From: an uncultured Methanosarcinaceae archaeon
Lineage (GTDB): Archaea > Halobacteriota > Methanosarcinia > Methanosarcinales > Methanosarcinaceae
NCBI GenBank assembly: GCA_963721455.1
Contig: CAVRJG010000064.1
Location: 1 to 64,000, forward strand
DNA length: 64,000 nt
Direction of reading: 5' to 3'
Shown here: positions 1 through 8,184 of the stretch, piece by piece
How the letters are laid out: every line of letters starts with the position of its first letter
How positions within the stretch are numbered: position 1 is the first letter of the stretch
Made by a program: the position numbers and the translations under genes
Notes under the pieces: model-generated
The model's database searches: none
Seen by the model: only the letters and a program-made list of their open reading frames with translations
Told to the model about the DNA's origin: nothing

Positions 1-61
1 TGTATGTGTAGCCCCTAACGATTACGTATGCTTGGTGAAAATTAACTAGACGACTAATAGG

Positions 62-302
62 ATTCGCGAGCAAGATCCACTAAAACAAGGGTTGAAATGA
101 TGTTTTTCTGAGTTTGCCCTGCTGGCCTTGTAGGTATTGCAATTGGTTTGAAAACTCGTAAGGACCCACCGTGTTAATTCAACATCAAGGCAGTTTGGTC
201 AAGAATGTATTAAATAACTTTCACATGCAAGAGAGATGATTTAACTTTAATTAAATTATTCATTTCCTTAGTTATTTCGTTACAAAACTAGTAGATTGAA
301 AC
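62..302 (+). CRISPR. Decaying CRISPR array end: one near-consensus 37-bp repeat (62-98) followed by progressively degenerate repeat relics
   Basis: 62-98 is ATTCGCGAGCAAGATCCACTAAAACAAGGGTTGAAAT, 2 differences from the known Methanosarcina repeat. It is followed by a 37-bp spacer (99-135), a truncated relic ATTGCAATTGGTTTGAAAAC (136-155), and weaker relics near 191-227 (CAAGAAT..TTAAA) and 266-302 (ends GATTGAAAC). Only the first repeat is certain. Confidence 0.7.
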
Positions 303-479
303 ATACCGAAAATGTTAAAAGGATGTTACGATTATCGTGCACTTAATACCATAGGAAAGTAAAAAGGAGTAAGTAAAACGTCACCAATTGAAATACAAGC
401 GTCAGTATGCACATTAATGTTTTTGTGTATATGTCTCACAATTTTATTCTGCGGCTGTAAGTTTTTTGCCTGGAAGTGT

Positions 480-618
480 TCAAAATATGGAAAAGCGTAA
501 GAAGGAATAAATACGTTTTTCATAGCTGGATAAAACCAGCTTTACGCTTTTATGAGTTTTTCACATTGTTCAGGGCCCTGATATATATCATTCCGGAGAA
601 TTCGGCGGGTTTGGAAAA
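480..618 (+). promoter_or_regulatory. Probable CRISPR leader for the 619-726 mini-array
   Basis: AT-rich non-coding region abutting the repeat. It has a TATA-like ATATATAT at ~582-589 and inverted repeats AAAAGCGTAA/TTACGCTTTT and GCTGG/CCAGC. Confidence 0.5.
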
Positions 619-726
619 ATTCGCGAGCAAGATCCACTAAAACAGGGATTGAAAGATAACGAAAGTGAAGATGGATACTAAAAAAGAGGATTCGCGAGCA
701 AGAATTGTTAAAACAAGAATTGAAAT
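619..726 (+). CRISPR. Single-spacer CRISPR mini-array (repeat-spacer-degenerate repeat)
   Basis: Repeat 619-655 ATTCGCGAGCAAGATCCACTAAAACAGGGATTGAAAG, 34-bp spacer 656-689, degenerate repeat 690-726 ATTCGCGAGCAAGAATTGTTAAAACAAGAATTGAAAT. Confidence 0.88.
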
Positions 727-1000
727 TAATTTAAATACATTCATCTATCTTCGTTTAAAGATACTCCCCGTATTTCTAAAAGTTCACATAATCTATTCAA
801 AGCATATTTTTTTTCACTTATCATAGTTTCTAATTTATTGACCTCTACTTCTAACTGCGAGATTTCTATTTTTAATTGTAATACCTGCTCTTTAATAAGA
901 TCATTACTTTGCATCGTATCCGCCCAATAACTATGTATTTGCCCCTTAAGTCATGATACTACTTTTACATATAAATCAAATACGTTTGCATCTTTTATAT

Positions 1001-1072
1001 ATTCACTTTACTGTACTTATTCACTTTACTGTACTTATTCACTTTACTGTACTTATTCACTTTACTGTACTT
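1001..1072. repeat. 18-bp tandem repeat x4 (ATTCACTTTACTGTACTT)
   Basis: Four exact copies read directly. Confidence 0.95.
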
Positions 1073-1482
1073 ATTATCTCTATCCATTACTCTCGCTGAT
1101 AAAGATACATAATAAAAACAATGAATCCAGAAATAAACGACATGCCAAAAAAGATTCTAAGTTCCTGGGCCCCGAGAAACTCGACAAGGGGACCAGGGAA
1201 GTCTACGGCCTGAGAACGCCGGTCCCGACCAGGCCCAACCAGGAAATGGAAGGCGCCCATTTTCATAAGACAGAGCCGGTTACGGAAGAGGAAAAAGAAG
1301 GGAGCAGAAGATCTGTGGCGCAAAATGACTTTCCCGAGAACCAGCGAGAGCAAAAAAGTAAAAAAATAACCGGAAAACAAAATTAATAAAATATCAGCAT
1401 GGAAATTACTCGCGGGCAATATCCGCAAAACAAAAATTGAAACGGATACTGCCCTGATTCTGGAACGATTTGATAGTGTTAA

Positions 1483-2724
1483 TCAGAATTCGGAGAGGTT
1501 GATACCACTTAACCGGCTGATTATCGGGCCGCTTATAAAGGATGTAACCAGTGCCATGATAATCAAAGCCACAAATAAGCGGTCATCGATGAGTCCCGCA
1601 TCCCTGGCGACGGTAGCCAGTATCATCTCCATAGCACCCCTTGCGTTCATAGCAAAACCTATTGTAACAGATTGCTTCCATGGCATCTTACTGATCATCA
1701 AGCCAAGCGTCACACCGAACACCTTGCCTATACATGCAATAACGAGGACTGCCAGCACCAGGACCAGGTCAAATGATGCCACGAAATTTGCCCGCAGCCC
1801 AATTGAAACAAAATAGAGAGGGGCGAAAAAATACATGACGAATTGATAGACCATCTCATGCGCATCGTCGCGTTTCTCCAGGCTCTGGGAGAACGCCAGG
1901 CCCACCAAAAAAGCGCCAAAAACGGAATGTATCCCTATCACTTCAGAAAAGGCTGCAGCCAATAATATAAGGACCGTCGTTATTCCAAGAAACGCTCCCG
2001 GCCAGGGCAGATGTGATTTGAACCATTTTTGAGCTCTCTGCGCCAGAAACCTGCCTATCGTAAGCATGAAACCAAATAGCAAAAACACCAGAATGAAAGT
2101 CATGTAAGGTGGGATATTTATAAAGCTCTCATGAGCGAAATTGCTCAATACAAAGGCGAATAACGACCACCCTACGAGGTCATCGATGGTTGCGGCGCCG
2201 GTAATGATCATCCCCATGTCCGTCTTCATCAAGTCCAGGTCCATGAGAGTTCTCGCAATGACAGGAAGGGCCGATATCGACAGTGCAGTGCCCATGAACA
2301 TCGAGAAAATTAATATCCTGCCGTGGAAGTGCTCTCTCCACAGGTCCGGGAACAGAATGACTGTCCCGAAACCCAGTATAAATGGTATCGCTATGCCCAT
2401 TAAGCTGGCCCAGGCTATATTAGTGCCCCTTTTCTTAATGAGGCTAAGGTTCATCTCCAGGCCTGCGGCGAACAAAAAGAAAAGCATGCAAACCTGGATA
2501 AGAGCGTCCCTCCCCTGGAAAACGGCGCCTGTTTCTGGAAATAGCCAGTTATAAGTGTCGGGACTGATCCATCCCCAGACTGTCGGGCCGAGAACGATGC
2601 CTCCGAAGAGCTCTCCGAAGACCGCAGGAAAGCGAAGCATACTCATCACCTGGCCGCATAAAAGCGCCATAGCAAGCATCACAGCGATTTCAAGGAAAAA
2701 GATTACCATATCCGTCGGCGCCAT
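1483..2724 (-). CDS. Cation:proton antiporter, CPA2 (Kef/NapA-like) family
   Basis: 413 aa, about 12 hydrophobic segments, motifs GELFGGIVLGP, LFAAGLEMN, TIDDLVGW, FAPLYFVSIG, MNARGAME. Confidence 0.9.
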   Translation of the reverse strand: MAPTDMVIFFLEIAVMLAMALLCGQVMSMLRFPAVFGELFGGIVLGPTVWGWISPDTYNWLFPETGAVFQGRDALIQVCMLFFLFAAGLEMNLSLIKKRGTNIAWASLMGIAIPFILGFGTVILFPDLWREHFHGRILIFSMFMGTALSISALPVIARTLMDLDLMKTDMGMIITGAATIDDLVGWSLFAFVLSNFAHESFINIPPYMTFILVFLLFGFMLTIGRFLAQRAQKWFKSHLPWPGAFLGITTVLILLAAAFSEVIGIHSVFGAFLVGLAFSQSLEKRDDAHEMVYQFVMYFFAPLYFVSIGLRANFVASFDLVLVLAVLVIACIGKVFGVTLGLMISKMPWKQSVTIGFAMNARGAMEMILATVARDAGLIDDRLFVALIIMALVTSFISGPIISRLSGINLSEF

Positions 2725-3119
2725 ACAACCTCACCTGAATGTTTTTACATTTAGCCTGGCTAGTTTGAAAATGATGTATATATGGTTTCCATAAATTGCT
2801 TCTAACAATTATTAAGTAAATCTTTTTGAATCCACAATTTTTTCTGAAACATATGGAATGAATCCATAATAATAGGCTGTTTATTGAGCTGTGGAAATTC
2901 TGGAATTAGAACTTCTAAAAATTTCTAACTGAAATTGCAGCTTTAGGTTTCGGGATTAAATTTGATCTGATAACCTCAATTTAAAGAGGATTTCTAAAAT
3001 CATTTATTGATTAATTAATACGATATTTAACCATTGGTTATCGGTTAAGGAATTTTCTTGCCTATTATACTATCGGGTCTTGTCCGTGAGTTATTGATCA
3101 GTTCTGAAAAAACGATTAT

Positions 3120-3250
3120 ATCCCCCATATTTGCGGAAAATGAAAAGAAATTCTCGTGCCTATGGTTTTCAATGACTCACCCCACGGCCAAAATTTGAAA
3201 CTCCTCTCAATGCTATACTGGTAACAGGCACTGTAATGGTTCTGCTTTTG
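3120..3250 (+). pseudogene. Possible remnant of an APC-family amino-acid permease
   Basis: Fragment KFETPLNAILVTGTVMVLLL from 3191 resembles the HPxFxTPxxAILxTG loop of APC permeases. The surrounding frame is broken. Confidence 0.35.
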
Positions 3251-3882
3251 TCGCAGAGAGTTGCCAGAAATTCTGAAAAGCAGATCGTGATAAAAAAGCC
3301 GATAGTGATAATTAAGAAGCCAAAGCCAATATCAAAAGAAAACCTGAACTACCCGGTGAAGAAATCCGTCCGGAGAATATACACAAGGCTCAGGAGGTAA
3401 AGGATTAAAACCACTGGACAGAGCAGCCAGGCGGGTTAAGCCCGGTGACAGGCTCTCCCATGACTGGCAATGGGACGCCTTTACTCAAAACTACAGGGTT
3501 CTTCGCTTTGATATGCGCGGATTCGGAAAATCTGATCCTGCATAAGGATTGAAATATGTGAGGTTGTAAATTTTCTTTAATCAGTTTAGAAATAAATTTT
3601 CTAACCCGCAGGATAAGGTAAAGAGTCATTGTTTCGTCTCAAATCAGGCGTCTTCCTAATAAACTTTGGAGAATCATTCTCAGGCTGCAACTTCTTTTCA
3701 TCCTCTTTTTTTTCGTCAGAAGTATGAGCTTTGAGCGAGAAAGTTGAACTATATATGATATAAGACTAATATAAGATTATAAGCAAAAGCTTATAAAAAT
3801 AACTAAATCTGATTATTAATGAGCTTTTGTTTTTTAAGTGCTCAGTTCGAATGGACAATGCACATTTGAGAGGGGGAATATT

Positions 3883-4143
3883 ATGTCAGTGAAAATCAAA
3901 TGGCAAATCTTTACAGCCGAGACTAGGAGCGACGGTACCTGGAGATCGAACAGCCCAACGCTTGAGGAACTCCTCAACGTTATGGCAAGCCCGGATAGGA
4001 TTAAGGAACACACTCTGGACATTGAGGACTCTATGGCCCACCTGGCCATCAAGGGGCTGCCATACTTCAAAATAACCGAGGCTACTTCTGGGAATCTCAG
4101 GGAAAAAAGCAGTACCAAAAAACCTTCAGGGGTCGGATGTTAA
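3883..4143 (+). CDS. Hypothetical small protein (86 aa)
   Basis: ATG at 3883 preceded by strong RBS GAGAGGGGGA and an AT-rich promoter region (TATATATG at ~3750). No family recognised. Confidence 0.6.
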   Translation: MSVKIKWQIFTAETRSDGTWRSNSPTLEELLNVMASPDRIKEHTLDIEDSMAHLAIKGLPYFKITEATSGNLREKSSTKKPSGVGC

Positions 4144-4364
4144 CACAAATTAGCAGGTAAAACCCACTGAAAATGATATGTTTATGTTCGGTTAAGATAT
4201 GGTGTAAGAAATATGTTATTTTCGTTGCGTTTCTGTAAGTAGTGTAAATCAAGATGAATGGGATATTGTAATATTTATTTCATATTAATAAATTCCTTAA
4301 CCGAATACAAAAGAAAAAGGATTGACCTGGCGGATATTGAGCTCAAGAAAATACTTCGGCCAGC

Positions 4365-4445
4365 ATTCGCCAGCAAGATTCACTAAAGCAAGGGTTAAAT
4401 CGTCGGACGCCAGGCAAGTAGGCCGTCGCGAAGATTTCCCGAGCA
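4365..4445 (+). CRISPR. Isolated degenerate CRISPR repeat with one spacer-like segment and a partial second repeat
   Basis: 4365-4401 ATTCGCCAGCAAGATTCACTAAAGCAAGGGTTAAATC (31/37 to consensus), 32-bp GC-rich spacer-like segment 4402-4433, then ATTTCCCGAGCA resembling the repeat 5' end. Confidence 0.72.
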
Positions 4446-5000
4446 TTGGTTTTTTCGGATAAATGAAGAAGCCCGCTTATACTACAGGTTTTGATGAGGA
4501 TATTACTCCACCTGAGCTGTCTGGCTTGCCGCTATTTTTTATATTCCGTACGGAGTTTGCCGAATGTGTCAATCACACTGATGTTTCGGTTCTAAGTTCC
4601 TCCATCAGCTCCTGACCCATTTCCTGCCTACCCATGAACCGGGCCCGTGTGTTCTGAAACGCACGCTTCTTAAATTTCCCACCATATGAACGCCTTTGAC
4701 ATAGGTATCAAAGAGCTAGGTATCAAAGAGCTGCTGGTGAAAGGAAGCGATCTCCCGCCGCCCTCTGAAGTGCGTACCATCGAACCTCACAAGATCAGCG
4801 TTCCAGGCGAAAGGCGCTGCTAAGGCCTCATCGCTGCCCTGAGAGGGTTAGAGGAAAGCTTAACAAACTAGCGCGGCACCCGATGCGCTCAATGCAATTA
4901 ACCTGATAGATATTGGTTGCCAGAAGGTAGTAATGATTTCTCCAGGCTTTATACAAACCCTTTTAAAAAATAATCTCCAATACTTAAATTGGGGAAATAA

Positions 5001-5230
5001 ATACCATATGATAACAATTCCGAACTGCCGGAAGTTGTTAAAGAGAACCTGCCGGAACACGGACAGGTCATTTACAGGGAAGCTTTCAATAGTGCCTGGG
5101 AAGAATATCATGAACCTTCTGAACGACGGGGGACGTGTCGAGGGAAAAGACTGCTCGCGGGGTTGCCTGGAGTGCGGTTTAAAAAATATATGAGAAAGAT
5201 TCTAAGGGGACCGGGTAAAAAAAGACTGGA
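5001..5230 (+). pseudogene. chaB: ChaB-family protein pseudogene
   Basis: The frame from 5001 reads (I)PYDNNSELPEVVKENLPEHGQVIYREAFNSAWEEY. After a frameshift it reads TARGVAWSAV*KIYEK, matching the ChaB pattern. The start is ATA, with a frameshift and an internal TAA. Not in the ORF track. Confidence 0.8.
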
Positions 5231-5460
5231 ATTTTGATTTTCGGAGTTCTGCCGGGTTATCTTTTGAACTCTTCTCTGTGAATCGTTTTGTCCATGTCAG
5301 CAATATATAAAGTCTGCTCGAAGGTAACTGTGGTGCTGTTTAATGGTTAAAAGCCTGCAAGTTGAGACGACGAAAATGAGTATATAAGGAAAGTAAAGAT
5401 AATATAACTCTTAACATATATGTATAATGTAGTTAATAGATAAAGGAAGGTATCATAAAT

Positions 5461-5601
5461 ATGAAGATACTATCCATTATAATGCGCAAAAAATGCAGAT
5501 ACCGTACCTCGTGTTCTCATTTCCGGCAGAAAAGTAGCTATTGTGAGGGATTGGATCACTGTAAGTGCGGGCTATTTTTGAGAAGGGAACGAGAAGTATA
5601 A
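5461..5601 (+). CDS. Candidate small Cys-rich protein (46 aa)
   Basis: MKILSIIMRKKCRYRTSCSHFRQKSSYCEGLDHCKCGLFLRREREV*, with GGAAGG upstream. Below the ORF-track cutoff. Confidence 0.4.
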   Translation: MKILSIIMRKKCRYRTSCSHFRQKSSYCEGLDHCKCGLFLRREREV

Positions 5602-5664
5602 TCTCTATTTAAATCACGGCATTGGGGATATTGTCTCATCTCCCGATTATCCAATAACCCAAAA

Positions 5665-5762
5665 TTTATCCTTACAAGTTTATCCTTACAAGTTTATCCT
5701 TACAAGTTTATCCTTACAAGTTTATCCTTACAAGTTTATCCTTACAAGTTTATCCTTACAAG
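5665..5762. repeat. 14-bp tandem repeat x7 (TTTATCCTTACAAG)
   Basis: Seven exact copies directly upstream of the TATA (CTTATATA) of the 5827 gene. Confidence 0.95.
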
Positions 5763-5826
5763 TTCACACCTTATATAGTCTATATCATGTTTTTAGTTTT
5801 ATGCTATATTTCGGGGAGTTGGCAGC

Positions 5827-6696
5827 GTGATCCGGGCTAAGTTTTTTAATCTGTTAAGCCTGCTTCTTCTCTTTGCACTTACTGCCGGGTGTATAGGTCC
5901 CGACGCTACTGAGAAAATTCCCGTTTCAAATTTGGACCTGGAAGGTCTGGTAGCGGACATAGAGGATTTCATAACCGACGGACTGGACAGTTTTCTGCCG
6001 GAGGAGGCAGGACCAGGAGGCGGAATTGATATAGAGGTAAATGAGAGTGCCGCAGCCGGAGCTGGTTCCGTCTCTTCTGAAGTACCTGATGTTCCTACTT
6101 ATCCCGAAGAAAAATCAAATGCCGTTTATCCAAGGGAATACAGGCTATTATCTCTGAATTTTCAGCGGGCTATAGGGTCTGAAAATGAAAGGATCGCAGC
6201 TGAGGTCTTCAATATTACCGGAAAAACCTCCGGATACGATCTCAAAGACGCGTGTGACGTTTTTGATTCTGTAAATAGGCGCTGGGAGTACCGTTCTGAA
6301 AAAAATGCAGAGTTTTTCTTCGGGGCTTCTCAGACTATCAATGAAGGATATAAAGGGGATTGTGACGACTACTCTATAGTCATGTCCGCACTTTTAAAAA
6401 ATATGGGGTTCAATACGAGGGTTGTTACCGCAATAAACGAGAGTTACGGGCACGCCTATCCCGAGCTCTACATAGGGAATGACGAGGAAACTGCGTATGA
6501 GGTTCTGAGTTATGTGCAGGGCAGATATTCCTATGCCGAAGAGATCTGGTACTCAGGCAGGAAACTTGAAGGAGGAGAACTTCAGTACTGGCTGAATTTT
6601 GACTGGAGCGGGTCAAACGGGTACAGGCACCCAGGGGGCACATATTTTGAAGGAGTGCAGGTAATTTACTATCCGAATGGATTAATCGAGTTCTGA
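5827..6696 (+). CDS. Transglutaminase-like (Cys-His-Asp) lipoprotein
   Basis: Lipobox-like LTAGC, with GDCDDYS, GHAYPE and NFDW catalytic-type motifs. Confidence 0.8.
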   Translation: MIRAKFFNLLSLLLLFALTAGCIGPDATEKIPVSNLDLEGLVADIEDFITDGLDSFLPEEAGPGGGIDIEVNESAAAGAGSVSSEVPDVPTYPEEKSNAVYPREYRLLSLNFQRAIGSENERIAAEVFNITGKTSGYDLKDACDVFDSVNRRWEYRSEKNAEFFFGASQTINEGYKGDCDDYSIVMSALLKNMGFNTRVVTAINESYGHAYPELYIGNDEETAYEVLSYVQGRYSYAEEIWYSGRKLEGGELQYWLNFDWSGSNGYRHPGGTYFEGVQVIYYPNGLIEF

Positions 6697-6952
6697 AGCC
6701 GGATGTAAACCGAAATTTCCCTTCATAATCTTTTCTCCGCGCGTAAAAAAACGCATTTCTTCCCTTTAGCATCTCAGATAACGGGAAAAAGTGGGAAAAA
6801 AGTATGTTTGATTCTTCTTCTTTTACTAATTTGAGTATTAAAATTTTATTTTTATGATTAAATTTATATGGGCTTACCTCTACCTCTTTTAGCAAAAGGC
6901 AATTCGGGTCTAATTATATACCTGAAAAACGGTTATTAAAAGGGGGAATTTT

Positions 6953-7432
6953 ATGGGAATGAATAACTACAGCGAACTCGTCCGGGGAGATAGAGTACGG
7001 GCTAATACGCCTCCTGAGATTAACCAGGCAATCGATACGGAGATAGCTGCAATTGTCAGGTTTTATGCGAGCAAAACCGACTATGAGATAGGCAAAAGGA
7101 TTGAAGAGCTTGATAATGAGTGGGACATCGAGCGTTGTATCGAAGCCCGTGCAGCTGTGCTTTCTTTAATTGGAGTGGTGCTGGGCTTAAAAATGAGTAA
7201 AAAATGGTTTATTTTACCTATAATAGTTTCAATCTTTCTGCTTCAGTATGCTATACAGGGCTGGTGCCCTCCTGTATCTATACTCAGAAGACTTGGCATT
7301 CGTACGAGACAGGAAATAGATGTGGAAAAATATGCACTGAAAGCTTTGCGCGGGGATTTTGACGAGATTTCTTATCAGGATAGCAGTATAGGTCGCGCAA
7401 AGGAAGCTGTAAGTGAGAGCAGGAGCGTCTGA
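6953..7432 (+). CDS. DUF2892/YgaP-like membrane protein
   Basis: EWDIER, two TM helices, QGWCPP motif. Confidence 0.75.
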   Translation: MGMNNYSELVRGDRVRANTPPEINQAIDTEIAAIVRFYASKTDYEIGKRIEELDNEWDIERCIEARAAVLSLIGVVLGLKMSKKWFILPIIVSIFLLQYAIQGWCPPVSILRRLGIRTRQEIDVEKYALKALRGDFDEISYQDSSIGRAKEAVSESRSV

Positions 7433-7764
7433 CAATTGCGGTAAAAACCTTTACACTTATTTTTTGCAAGCTCGGTTCAGGAAACTTTTAACTGTTTCCT
7501 GTTAGCAGTTAAAGCCTGATTTTTCCTTCACTTATTTCATTTGTTTCTTTGGGGGAATTCCTTTAATCTTTCTGCACATTCCGGTTTTTCTCTTTTTCTT
7601 TCTCACTCCAAAAAAAATCTTTTTTAGTAAGTTCTTTCAAAACTTTCTCCCGCTGTTCCTTTTTCAAAAAGGTTATATCATATAAATCCTAACTATGTTA
7701 AACTCTTAAATGTTACAAATCCGAATAATTGTGTTAAGCTCAAACTAAGATTGAGGTTTCAAAA

Positions 7765-8157
7765 ATGACAGAAAAACTCGGAATTCTGGCCATAGGCCAT
7801 GGGAGCAAACTACCTTACAATAAGGAAGTAGTCACTCAGATTGCAGATCATATCGCCCGGAAGCACTCTGATGTTATTGTCAGGGCCGGCTTTATGGAAA
7901 ACAGTAAACCATCCCTGAAAGAGGCAATTGAGGGCTTCTCAGGGACTGGCGTGACAAAAATTGCAGCGGTGCCGGTTTTCCTGGCTTCGGGAGTTCATAT
8001 CACAAAGGATATCCCGCAGATCCTGAGCCTTGACGAAAAGGGCTGCGGTACCCTGGAAATTGACGGAAAGACAGTTCCTCTGTGCTATGCAAAGCCTATA
8101 GGGGCCGATGAACTTGTCGCTGACCTTGTGTTCAAAAGGGTCCAGGAAGTCCTGTAA
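7765..8157 (+). CDS. cfbA: Sirohydrochlorin nickelochelatase
   Basis: Small CbiX-type chelatase ([13 protein letters not shown]) heading the F430 cluster. Confidence 0.95.
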   Translation: MTEKLGILAIGHGSKLPYNKEVVTQIADHIARKHSDVIVRAGFMENSKPSLKEAIEGFSGTGVTKIAAVPVFLASGVHITKDIPQILSLDEKGCGTLEIDGKTVPLCYAKPIGADELVADLVFKRVQEVL

Positions 8158-8184
8158 ATTCAGTACCACGGTCCGGTTTTTATC

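Noticed and set aside
1-61. An upstream CRISPR repeat one period before position 62
   Set aside because: Bases 1-26 do not resemble the repeat 3' end, so a continuing regular array cannot be shown inside the window.
1001-1072. Short tandem repeats (also 5665, 13736, 53340) as CRISPR arrays
   Set aside because: The units are contiguous with no unique spacers.
332-1428. ORFs 332-523 and 1087-1428 on the minus strand
   Set aside because: No recognisable motifs. The first overlaps the putative CRISPR leader and the second has biased, shadow-like composition.
4402-4433. Self-targeting of the third spacer at ~39739-39750 (TGCCTGGCGTCC in the vWA gene)
   Set aside because: Only about 12 bp match and it is mid-gene, which is compatible with chance.
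4933-5193. 86-aa ORF with a CxxC-like tail
   Set aside because: It is an off-frame shadow of the chaB pseudogene.
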